This document shows, piece after piece, positions 31,484-42,500 of a stretch of 51,698 nucleotides of DNA. Within the stretch, counting starts at the first letter, position 1, and every line of letters starts with the position of its first letter. The position numbers were made by a program, and so were the translations under genes. The DNA comes from Porphyridium purpureum (Eukaryota): the NCBI GenBank assembly GCA_008690995.1, contig VRMN01000002.1, forward strand, positions 2,356,001-2,407,698, read 5' to 3'. The notes beneath the pieces were generated by a model, which worked only from the letters and a program-made list of their open reading frames with translations, ran no database searches and was not told the origin of the DNA.

Positions 31484-34400
31484 GGGATGGGCTTTGTAGG
31501 TGAGGTCTGGCGCGCTGATGCGGCGTCGAGGTTGCTCTACAAGCGTGGAACTTTAGATGGCGAGTCTGTCCAATTTCTGGTGGACAGCGGAGCATCGCAC
31601 AATTTTCTTGGATCTCGCTTTGTCGGCAGATTTGAAGGGCGCGAGAACGGAATGGTCAAGCTTGCGGGTGGGCAAAGTGTCTTAGTGCATGGCCCGGTGT
31701 TGCAGCATGTTGATCTTGGGTTCTGGAAAGGGCCGGTCAAGTTTTATGTCGGGCCTCTGCAAATGGATGCAATTCTCGGGTGGGACTGGCTGAGTCGCGT
31801 GAACCCGAGGATTGATTGGCAGAGGGGTTCGATGGACTTGGGACTTGAAAATGTGGAAGATTGTGCGATGGTGAATGTCGTGGACGCTCTTTCCGAGTCA
31901 AGCGGAAATCAAGCGTACGATGGAGAAGAGGAGAGTGCCAGTGAAGGGGTCGAAGGAAAGATGGCCGGGATGGAACATGCGTTGACTCACATGCCGATGC
32001 GGGATGATTGTGAGACGTGTGTTGTGGCCAAGATCAAGAGCCAACCAGCAAGAAGGCTGGAGAAGGACTTGTCCACTTTGTCGCTCAATGACGAAGTTGG
32101 GATCGACCTGGTGGAGCCCGGACGTAACGTGGAAGCCATCGATGGGGCGAAGTACATACTGACGCACATCGATAGAGCGACGAGGTGGGCCACACTGGCA
32201 GGATTGAGAGCCAAAACGCATACGGCGGTTGCTGAAGCTTGGACAAGCGTGCAAGCCGGGCGAGGATGGCCAAAGGTACTGAGGACAGATGATGGAAACG
32301 AGTTCAGGGGAAATGTGAGCAATTTGGTACGGGAGAATCTCGTGAAGCATGAGATTGGCGTCCCACATAGACCAAATAGCCACGCTGAACAGGAACGTTT
32401 CCATCATACTTTGAATCAGGGGGTACGAGCAAATCTCCTGCAGTCTGGGCTGGGAAAGCGGTGGTTTTTGCATGCCGCTCAGCATTTCGTCTTCATGTTC
32501 AATCGGCTGCACCCAGACAAGAGGTCTGGGAAGTCTCCGTATGAAATGAGGTACGGTGAGAGATGGAAGCGGGGGAAGGTAGCAGTACCATTTGGATGCA
32601 AGGTGGTGTTCAAGAATGATCAACCTGAGAACAAGTATGCACCCAGAGGAAAGATTGGAGTCCTTGTTGGAGTTGCGGAGCATCCGCTGGCAATCTGGGT
32701 CCTTCCTCAGGAGGAGTGGACGAGTGCGGCACCGAGGCTGACTCGCACTCAGGACTTCAAGGCGTTCCCTGAAGTGTTTCCAATGCGGACTTTGGAAACA
32801 AGGGATGACGAGGAGGTCTCGGCACGTGAGGGTGAAATCGACTTTCACTCTAGGCAGGAAGAACCGGATAGTCAAGAGACTATGGTGTTGCCTACGAATA
32901 CGGCCGAGGCGCGTGAATCCGGGAACTTGGAGGAGGATGTTCCCCTACCTGTTGGAAGAAGGGGGAAACGAAAACCCAGGGTATCTTGGAGCCGGGAAGA
33001 GGATCAGGCCATCATGGATGGCTTACGGCTCTTTGGCTGGGGGAAGTGGGAAAGAACTCTGCAAGAATACAAGGCAGTGTTCCGCGATTCAAGAAACGGA
33101 AAGGATGTGCGAGCCCGGGCTCATAATATGGGCCTCTCGGAGGAAAATTGGAGGCAACGCGCAGGAGTTGCTCCAGAAACACCGCAATTGAACTTGACAA
33201 CTTTGTTGCAGACGAGCCAAGCTCTGGCTTCTTCGGCTGGAAGAGAAGCCATGCAAAAAGAAGTGGACTTGATGATCCGATTCAAGGTATGGGATGAGCA
33301 ACCTATTTCAAGGGAAGAAGCTCTCAAGGTCCCAGGCGCACGATTTGTGCGGACACACTTTATATTCGGATTGAAGTTCGCTGAGCTTCCGGAGGAGTTT
33401 CGCAAGGTCAAGTGTCGGCTTGTTGCTGGTGGAAATAGGATTTGGGATGCCTCAGGGAAGGTCACTCAGGATGTGTTTGACTATGAGGTGCCCGCGGGCC
33501 TGTCTGCAATCAGAATGTTGATAGCTTTGGCCGCGATCCTGGGATTGAAAATCGTGTCGTTCGATGTGACGTCGGCGTACTTACACGCTGACTTATCAGG
33601 ACCACCGACGTTTGCCATGTTGCCCCGTCACGTTCCAGGAGGAGGTGATGGACTTGTCGTTCGCTTGAGAAGGGCGCTTTATGGCTTGCCAAGAAGCGGG
33701 TCTGACTTTTCCCAGGATGCCCGCAGAAGACTTCAAAAGTTCGGGTGGGACTTGATTCACGGTGAGAAGAACGTATACGTGAAAAAGATGGCGGGAAGTG
33801 CATCTGTTGCACTCTTGGCCTTGTATGTCGATGATGGCCTGCTCGCGTGTGCCGAGAAGGATCGGGGTGAGATATTTCGAGAGTTGAGGTCAGAGTTCCT
33901 CATTGAGAAGGAGCCAGAAGTCCTCTCGGAAGGTACCCCGTTGAGGTTCCTAGGTCTCACGATCTCGGAGTCGGCGGCACGGCTTTCGTTGGATCATGAT
34001 CACTACCAAGCTTTGGTGGTGAAGGAATTCGAAGAAGAACTTGGGCAGGTGCTGCGAGCGGTGAAATCACCAGGTGAGAAGATGAATGCTGACGCTGTAT
34101 TGGATGTTCAAGTCGAACATGGACATCTGAAAATACGCGAGCATGTTGGGCGGCTGCTGTGGTTGGCCAGGACGGTCAGACCGGATATCTCGTACGCAGT
34201 TGGAGTGGTGGCTCGGTACGTGGATAGCTGGAACGTCGCAGCTGAGAGACTCCTGGTTCGCGTCATGCAATACTTGAAGGTTCCTCGTGAACCACTTGAG
34301 TATTTGCGGATGACGTCATTGAAGGTCGGTGACGTAAGCGTCTTGGGCTATGCTGATGCCGACTTCGCTGGATGTCCGGAAACGCGCAAGTCGACGTCTG

Positions 34401-34849
34401 GACGAGTGACGTACTTGGTCGCGGGTGGAAACAAGTATCTGGTCGACTGGAGCTCCAGAAGGCAACGCTTTGTGAGCTCTTCGACCTCTGAGTCTGAGAT
34501 GGCCGCTCTGGAAGAAGCGGTGCAGTTGTCTCTGTTTCCGGCATTGTCGTTTCTTCGAAGCGTGCAGGAGGGTGATTATGCGTTGACCCTGCTTTGTGAT
34601 AGTCAAGTTGTTCTCCGTGCGGTCAAGATGGGCTACTCGCCAAAGTTGCATCACATGGCAGTGACCAGAGCCACGGACTTGGCGTGGATACACCAAGTTT
34701 GCGAGAAGCAAAAGCTGGTGAGATTGGAATATGTGAGGACGGGGGAAAACGTGTCCGACTTGATGACAAAACCTTTGTTTCCGGAAGGTCATATCAGGTG
34801 TTGGACTATGTTACGCGTCCCTCAGATCGGAAGGAGGAGCATGGATTAA
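31430..34849 (+). CDS. pol: Element C Pol: protease, integrase, Myb/SANT domain, RT, RNase H
   Basis: FLVDSGASHNF; HALTH..CETC; LRTDDGNEF; WSREEDQAIMDGLRLFGWGKW; LYVDD; YADADFAG. Confidence 0.95.
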   Translation, partial: LKPRGRSWEVHSRGTEPPGMGFVGEVWRADAASRLLYKRGTLDGESVQFLVDSGASHNFLGSRFVGRFEGRENGMVKLAGGQSVLVHGPVLQHVDLGFWKGPVKFYVGPLQMDAILGWDWLSRVNPRIDWQRGSMDLGLENVEDCAMVNVVDALSESSGNQAYDGEEESASEGVEGKMAGMEHALTHMPMRDDCETCVVAKIKSQPARRLEKDLSTLSLNDEVGIDLVEPGRNVEAIDGAKYILTHIDRATRWATLAGLRAKTHTAVAEAWTSVQAGRGWPKVLRTDDGNEFRGNVSNLVRENLVKHEIGVPHRPNSHAEQERFHHTLNQGVRANLLQSGLGKRWFLHAAQHFVFMFNRLHPDKRSGKSPYEMRYGERWKRGKVAVPFGCKVVFKNDQPENKYAPRGKIGVLVGVAEHPLAIWVLPQEEWTSAAPRLTRTQDFKAFPEVFPMRTLETRDDEEVSAREGEIDFHSRQEEPDSQETMVLPTNTAEARESGNLEEDVPLPVGRRGKRKPRVSWSREEDQAIMDGLRLFGWGKWERTLQEYKAVFRDSRNGKDVRARAHNMGLSEENWRQRAGVAPETPQLNLTTLLQTSQALASSAGREAMQKEVDLMIRFKVWDEQPISREEALKVPGARFVRTHFIFGLKFAELPEEFRKVKCRLVAGGNRIWDASGKVTQDVFDYEVPAGLSAIRMLIALAAILGLKIVSFDVTSAYLHADLSGPPTFAMLPRHVPGGGDGLVVRLRRALYGLPRSGSDFSQDARRRLQKFGWDLIHGEKNVYVKKMAGSASVALLALYVDDGLLACAEKDRGEIFRELRSEFLIEKEPEVLSEGTPLRFLGLTISESAARLSLDHDHYQALVVKEFEEELGQVLRAVKSPGEKMNADAVLDVQVEHGHLKIREHVGRLLWLARTVRPDISYAVGVVARYVDSWNVAAERLLVRVMQYLKVPREPLEYLRMTSLKVGDVSVLGYADADFAGCPETRKSTSGRVTYLVAGGNKYLVDWSSRRQRFVSSSTSESEMAALEEAVQLSLFPALSFLRSVQEGDYALTLLCDSQVVLRAVKMGYSPKLHHMAVTRATDLAWIHQVCEKQKLVRLEYVRTGENVSDLMTKPLFPEGHIRCWTMLRVPQIGRRSMD

Positions 34850-35730
34850 AAGTGTTCCGGTCCGAGAGACGCCCTGGGTGTACACCCGGAGGTACGGCGT
34901 CTCGGAATTGTTTGAGGTACAGGGGCTTTTTCGCCCACGTGGTTTTTTACCCTGTACCTCTGGTTTGTGCATTGTTGTCTTTCGCCCCGAGGAGCCGGAG
35001 TCGCGTGTCCGAGGGAAGCAGGAGCCGCTTGGCGGCCGGCCAGCACCCATTGAGCCGCTTGCTGACGTGGCTGGCTGTGGCTTCGTTCTGTGGAACGAAC
35101 GGAGGAAAGCCCAGCCTTTGGGAGAAATAATTTCTCCCTTCCGCGTCAAGGACAGCAAGGACGGCGGGGTATATAATGGGCGCGGGCCCGTGCGGTTCCC
35201 CGGATTTTCTTTAGAGCGGAAGAAGTAGAGGCAAGGGAGAAGGACACAGAGAATAAAAGAGGAGTTGGTTCTTTGGTGTCGGGTGCCTGGGCGTGGTCGT
35301 CGGAAGGCGTGGGGCCTTTTGCTGAGCCTGTGTAGCAGAGCCAGCAGCACATCGTGTCTGGGGGGTTTCGGTGCTCTTAGAGCACTGAAGGCAGACGGCG
35401 GCTTTGTCCGTTACGACACCCTGCCCCTGTCGAGACCGGTGCTGTCTGTGCCGACGCGAAAGGCAATAGTAGAGGCCCTATACGTTGGATTTTCCACGCC
35501 CCGGGTATTCGTCGTCTGTGTTGTGTGCGTCGTGTTGCTGGGGTTCGGTCATCTGAGAAGGGTTGTGTCATCCGGGTTCGTGCGCTTGTCATCATCAAGC
35601 GTGCGAGAATTTAAAGGAAATGCGTACTTTCTGGGTTACTCTAGGGTTAAAGGAGGTTTTGCGGGTTGGGTTAGCTTACCTCATCTCTAGTACAGTTCAC
35701 GATCCACACTGTACACTACTGTAGGGTCTT

Positions 35731-38292
35731 AGGGTTATATAGGCGAAAAATACCTGCAGCGAGAAATTTTAGCCTTGAACGGTAGGGTAACGTGACTTAA
35801 AATCATAAAACAAGGTTACTTTACTATGGAATGCCGCTGTTGTGGGGGTACGCTGCGGAACCCTAAAGTTAATGTAAGCGCGTCCGCAAAACAGGTGCGT
35901 TTTGCTAAATGAAATTCGGTTACTATGAAAAAAAATTACTTTACTAGAGCTGATTTTACTATTCAAACGCACGTATTTAGAGGCTTTGTGCCCATTTCAA
36001 TGTCATCCTCAGCAAAGTAATTTGTATTGCATAGACATCACAAATTGTAATGCATTGCAGCGTCATCCCATGTGAAGGACACGGGACTATATGAGAATGA
36101 CACTGTTTGATGATTTAAATAAGCATAGAAGGATAGGCTATAATTATGATCATGCCGGCGGCGAAGGAGGGGAGGTCGACGCGAAGGGGAAGAAGGTTGG
36201 ATCCGGATGGTTGTCGAGCGCGGGCGGGCGCGGGCGAGCGCGGTGGGCGCGGCGGGCGCGGGCGGCGCGTGGCGGCGGCGCGCGGGCGCGGTGGGCGCGC
36301 GGGCGCGGCGGGCGCGGCGCTGTTCGCGGGCGCGCGGTGGGGTGCGGGCACGGGCGGGCGGCAGTGCGCGAGTGGCGCGGCGGTGGTAGCCGGGCAGAAG
36401 TGGCGCGGCGTGCGTGAGAATGTTGGATAGGCACTGGGCAGTGCTTCACACGAGCGGCACGAGGACGGCGCACAGGCGCGCGATCCGTTTCAACAGCTGT
36501 GTGCATTGTGCACTTGCGAGCTGAACCTAACCAACATGCTCGAATGCGTCAAGGCAAGGATGCTGGCGAATGTGAGCGGGATGCTTTTGAGTGGTAAGCC
36601 GGGCACTGGTTTGGGCATGGATGTGTTGCGTGAGGGCGCAGTATGCATGCGCTGGCGTGAGAATGGAGTGCGTGATTGAATGCCACGAAGCGTGCCATGG
36701 ATGATGTTTTCATTGCTGCCGTCTCGTTACGAGCGACTGCTCGCTTGCGCGATTCTCAAGCGACAGAGGTGGGTTGCGTTTTGGGCGGCCGGGCTATGAC
36801 AACACCTTTGATGATCGAACGATGCTGGGCTCGCTGTGCTGGGCTCGCTGTGCTGGGCTCGCTGTGCTGGGCTCGCTGTACTGAGCTCGCTGTGCTGGGC
36901 TCGCTGTGTGGGCTCGCTGTGTGGGCTCGCTGTTCGTTGCGTCCCGTCAGGCAGTAAGCTTCAGGGCACGCGTACTGTTGCACACGAGGCGGCTGCGCAC
37001 AACAAGCTGGTGCGTTCATCGGGCGCGGTGCGCGGCTTGCAAAGAGCGTGGGCTAACGTTGGATGTTGCGGTGCGCGCACCTTTCAAGGCAGAAAGAGAT
37101 GGATTGCATTTTTGGCCGCCGGGCTGGGCGACACTTTTGATGGCTGCGCGGTACGGGCTCGCTACGCCCTGTGCGCGTTGTGGACCAGCAAACTGTGGCA
37201 ACACCTTTCCTTTTCGCGAGATATGGGCTCGCTGTGCACTGTGGCTTGCGTGCCGTTAAGCGCCAAGCTTTAGCGTGAGTGCATTGGTGAAAAAGAGGCG
37301 GCGTTGTGCGTCGATCTTGCTCGTTCGTTGTCCGCGGGGCGCACACGACGCAAAGAACGTGGGCAGTGGTTGAATGTCGCGATGCGCGTCGACGCCAAGC
37401 CTGCGCACTAAGACCGCGCGCAGCCGGAGAACGTAGGCGACGTAGCCTGAATCCGCATCTCGGCGTGACCGGTGCAACAGTGCCAGTTTCGTTATGCTGT
37501 GTCTTGCCAGATCGCAATGGCGCTGGCGCGATCTTGCACGTGTGCGCTCGTGAATGGGCTGCCGCGATTGTTGGTGGGACGTCGGCTCTGGAGTTGCGCA
37601 GACAAACGGCAGCCGAGGGCTGGCGCGAAAAATGGGGCGCCGATGGGGTGGTGCGGAAATCGTGGCGGTGACGGGCTGGTGAAAAGATCATGGCTGCGGC
37701 GATCGCGTCGCTACGCGCATGCCACACTGTTATATGTGTGCGATCAGCTCTGGCGCCGCTTCTCGCGAAACTTCGAGCTACTGCTGAAAGCATGTTACGA
37801 AAATAAAATACAACGTAGCCAAGAAAACTTGAGCCAGCGCTTTGCAGCAGACTCAAGACATACCCTTGAAAGACACGGACTTGCCATGTGTCATGCACAA
37901 CTTTTCGAAGGCAAAGTGTGAGAATTGTGAGCGCGGGGAATGTACTGAACACTACCGAAGACCACAGAACACTATAGGAGACCACAGAACACTACGAAAA
38001 GCCGCTGGACACTACTGGAGACCACAGAACACTACAGGAGACCACAGAACACTACAGGAGACCACAGAACACTACAGAAGACCACAGAACACTACGAAAA
38101 GCCGCTGGACACTACTGGAGACCACAGAACACTACAGGAGACCACAGAACACTACAGAAGACCACAGAACACTACGAAAAGCCGCTGGACACTACTGGAG
38201 ACCACAGAACACTACAGGAGACCACAGAACACTACAGAAGACCACAGAACACTACGAAAAGCCGCTGGACACTACTGGAGACCACAGAACAC
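35731..38292. repeat. Subtelomeric block type I, copy 2, ending in the 20-bp satellite (~37944-38292)
   Basis: Near-identical to 14491-16810 apart from the G-rich tract and minisatellite copy number. Confidence 0.93.
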
Positions 38293-39297
38293 CATGGATT
38301 AAAAGTGTTCCGGTCCGAGAGACGCCCTGGGTGTACACCCGGAGGTACGGCGTCTCGGAATTGTTTGAGGTACAGGGGCTTTTTCGCCCGCGTGGTTTTT
38401 TACCCTGTACCTCTGGTTTTGTGCATTGTTGTCTTTCGCCCCGAGGAGCCGGAGTCGCGTGTCCGAGGGAAGCAGGAGCCGCTTGGCGGCCGGCCGGCAC
38501 CCATTGAGCCGCTTGCTGACGTGGCTGGCTGTGGCTTCGTTCCGTGGAACGAACGGAGGAAAGCCCAGCCTTTTGGGAGAAATAATTTCTCCCTTCCGCG
38601 TCAAGGACAGCAAGGACGGCGGGGTATATAATGGGCGCGGGCCTGTGCGGTTCCCCGGATTTTCTTTAGAGCGGAAGAAGAAGAGGCAAGGGAGTACGAC
38701 ACAGAGAATAAAGGAAGAGTTGTTCTTTGGTGTCGGGTGCCTGGGCGTGGTCGTCGGAAGACGTGGGGCCTTTTGCTGAGCCTGTGTAGCAGAGCCAGCA
38801 GCACATCGTGTCTGGGGGGTTTCGGTGCTCTTGGAGCACTGAAGGCAGACGGCGGCTTTGTCCGTTACGACACCCTGCCCCTGTCGAGACCGGTGCTGTC
38901 TGTGCCGACGCGAAAGGCAATAGTAGAGGCCCTATACGTTGGATTTTCCACGCCCCGGGTATTCGTCGTCTGTGTTGTGTGCGTCGTGTGGTTGTGTTCT
39001 CTGTGCTGTGTGCGTCGTGTTGCTGGGGTTCGGTCATCTGAGAAGGGTTGTGTCATCCGGGTTCGTGCGCTTGTCATCATCAAGCGTGCGAGAATTTAAA
39101 GTGGTATCATCGCATCGGCGAAGATGGATTCTGAGGGAATGGACGTGCAGGGCCTGCAGGGCGGCGCGTCGTGGATTGAAGCTTTCAACCAGCTTCATGC
39201 TCGTATCGGAGGACAAGAAATGATGATTGTGCAGCTGCAGGAGGGAAATCGCCTCTTGCAGGAGATGCTGCAGAGCGTGATGCATCAGGCATCTGTG
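38293..39297 (+). mobile_element. Truncated family-C copy: 5' LTR 38293-39101, PBS, first ~58 gag codons
   Basis: Matches 29647-30650, then switches to GTTACTCTAGGGTTAGGG. Confidence 0.94.
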
Positions 39298-39322
39298 GTT
39301 ACTCTAGGGTTAGGGTTACTCT
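39297..39322 (+). repeat. Interstitial telomere-like seed (TTACTCTAGGG + TTAGGG); also 35633-35649, 39451-39486, 42984-43004, 51257-51277
   Basis: ggttactctagggttagggttactct, always G-rich on the + strand. Confidence 0.8.
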
Positions 39323-39452
39323 GAAATCGTTTTACATTATAAATCTAGAGGGCCTAAGTACTTTACCTATGTATCAGCAAAGTCAGTGCGACTCTGCTTC
39401 CGATTCCGAGAGTACCTCGCCTACAAAGAGGCGCCTGCCCGTCTCCAGCCAG
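39323..39452 (-). mobile_element. 130-bp 3'-end fragment of the CRE-like element between two telomere-like seeds
   Basis: Matches 43005-43135. Confidence 0.9.
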
Positions 39453-39564
39453 GGTTACTCTAGGGTTAGGGTTACTCTAGGGTTACAGGCGTTTTTGAGG
39501 TAGGGTGGGGCGTAGCGTAGGGTTCCTCACTTCGTGTTGAGGGTGCAGTGAGTACACTGGTCCT

Positions 39565-42500
39565 AGGGTTACATAGGGCGTTTGCACTCGCACTCGCTTG
39601 AAACCTCGTTTTATATAGTAAAACGTGGTTGTTTTGATATAAGAAACAGCGAGGTTTTAGTGATTTTTGCATAGTACAATGCCTCTGTTTTAGTAAGAAA
39701 AGTGTGTACTATAAAGGATAATTTATTCGCTATGAGAAACTAAGCATGTAAAAACGACCCAAACATTGCGGTGTAATGCATTGTATTGCCATCCCTAATG
39801 GAGAACGAGGAAGCATATAAAAACGACACTGTTTGGATATCTTACTAGAGCATACGAGAATGCCATAGTATTATGATGATGGTGACGGCCAAAGGGACGA
39901 GATTGACGCAAGGGCGGAGGTGTGTGGGCGATGGTGCGTTATACAGGTGGAAAAAAAAGTAGGGCAGATTGTCCAAAGTCCAAAGTTGCGATTTGTATAG
40001 TAAAATGGTATCGTTTTAATATAGAAAAATTTTACTATAGAGGTTCGTGTCCAAAGTTGACTTTTTCATATGTAAATGGCATTGTTTTAGTACGAAAAAT
40101 TTAGCATAGAAAGACGACCCCCAAAAATGGGTGGTAATGCATTACATGGGCATCCCGAATTGGCTGTGAATAAGCATAGTAAAACAGTATTAGTTTGCTA
40201 TGGTACCGAGCATGGAAAATTGGCACTGAAATGTCATAAAATGCGCATCAAGCTGGACTGAGGACGAAGTGCCTGTTGCGCGATCAGCGGGTGGTGCGGG
40301 CGGCGGGGTGAGAGACGTGGAGCGCGAACGGTTGGGCGCGGGCGGGCGCGGCGGCCGGCGGGCACGGCGGGTGCGGGCGCGGGCAGTCGGGCGGTGGGGC
40401 GCGTGGGGCGTGGGCACGGGCGCGCGGAGGTACGCGAGTGGTGTCGGGCGGTGGCGTCGCGCGCGTCGGCGGGTAACGACTGGGCAAGATTTTGGTTGGC
40501 GTCTCGCACGGCACGAGCCAGCACTTGGAGCAAGGCGCGAGGTTGGGGCGCGCAGCAGCTGAGAAATGACACACGGAAGCCATATGGTAGGTTGATGTTA
40601 AAAAACATTAAAAAATTGTTTACTCAAGTATGCTACAAATTTGTCATTCAAAATGGATATTGAATGATAGCCCGTGCTCACGCGCTCACAACGATATGCT
40701 TTGTATGTGAAACGATGCTTGTATGGCTGAGATATATGACTGTAAGTACCTTTGCAGCGGGTACGCCATTCGCAATGGTGGGTACATGATCCGCAGCCAT
40801 GGGTCCGGCATCCGCATATGCTGAACCCCTCAAATCACGGGTGCCAGCAGAACTTCTACCCTAGAGGTACAGTATCTTCATACTGGGGACGCGGTATCCG
40901 CTTATGATGGGCATGCCAGCCGCAGCATGTGTACAGTCACGCGAAACATAGTGGGCACGTGATTTGCAGGGTGGGTACGTGATCCGCAAGGTGGGGACGC
41001 GAGCCGCAAGGTGGGTACGCGAGCCGTAAAGTGGGTACGTGATCCGCACGTTGGGTCGAGTCAATAAGGGTACCATAATAAAATGGTGTTGATTTACTAT
41101 AAGTGAGTACAACAACGATACTGTACAGTTGCACAGGGGAAAAGAAGAGTAGATTGTCCATAGTCCAACGTTGCGTTCTGCATAGTACCACGGTATCGTT
41201 TTAATATGAAAATAATTTACCATAGCGGTTCGTGTCCATAGTTGCCTTTTTTATAGGTGAATGGCATTGTTTTAGGCTGAAAGATTTAGCATAGAAAGAC
41301 GACCCCCAAAATGGGTGGTAATGCATTACATAGGCATCCCGAATTCGCGGTGAATAAGCATAGTAAAACAGTATCATTTTGATATGATACCCGAGCATAG
41401 CAAATTACCATTGAAATGTCATAAAATGCGCATCAAGCTGGACTCAGGACAAAGTGCCTGTTGCGCGATCAGCGGGTGGTGCGGGCGGCGGGGTGAGAGA
41501 CGTGGAGCGCGAACGGTTGGGCGCGGGCGGGCGCGCGGGCGCGGGCGGGCGCAGTCGGGCGCGGGCGCAGGCGCAGTCGAGCGGTGGGGCGCGTTGGGGC
41601 GCGTTGGGGCGTGGGCCGGCAAGGAGAAATGAGATTGTCTTGGGAAGTAGAGTGGGATCGCGAAGTGCGAAATGGACCTCGCTGCAGCGCAGCAGGGTGA
41701 AGGAGAAGCCACTTTCACGGAGCATGCGAGCGGCGAGAAGGAGAAGCAAGATTTGCGGCGTACTGCGCCGCCGCCGCCGAGCAAGCGTGCCGAAAGGAGG
41801 CGCAAAATTCGCCGGACAATGTGCCGCGGAGCATGTGCGGCGCGAGGAGGTGCGAGGTGATGTTGCACAACGCGATGGCGCAGCCGCCGCCGAGCAAGCG
41901 CGCCACAAGGAGGCACGGGATTCGCCGCACAACGGGCCAGTGCTGTGGAGCATGCGCGACGCAATGAGATGCGAAAAGATGTTGCACGACGCGAGGGTGC
42001 AGCCGCCGCCGTGCAAGCGCGCCGCTAGGAAGAGGCGCAAGAGCTTGCCGGATAACGCACCGTTGCCGCGGAGCACGCGCGCCATGAGCAGGTGCGAGAT
42101 GTCACACAACGCGCCACTGTAACGGAGCAGGCGCACCGCGAGGAGGCGCGAGATTCGGCCGAACAATGCGACGGCGCCGCCGCCGCCGAGCAAGCGCACC
42201 GCGACGCTGCAGACGGCCAGCAACGTGGTCAGATTGTCGAGGACGACGACGGCCTTGCGGAATCGCTGATGTGGTTACGAGAGATGGCGCTGTTTGGAGA
42301 CGCGTACGCGTAGGTCAGGCCGGGCCATGTCTATAGCGAGGGTTGGGGCAGGGTGCGCGAGGACGGTCACGCGGCGGTCGAGTGGTGGCACAAGGCCGCG
42401 GAACAGGGGCTTGCAGTGGCGCAGTTTTACTTGGGCTTTCTTTACAAAGGTGGGGATGGTGATCTGCCAAGAACGGAAGCGCAGCGGTCGAGGAGTTCCG

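Larger units (their letters stand above)
29647..35616 (+). mobile_element. Full-length LTR retrotransposon C (A-related, Myb-bearing); LTRs 29647-30454 and 34840-35616; TSD GAAAT
   Basis: GAAAT at 29642-29646 and 35617-35621; PBS at 30455; PPT GGAAGGAGGAG before 34840; the 3' LTR has a ~30-bp deletion and a few substitutions. Confidence 0.96.
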
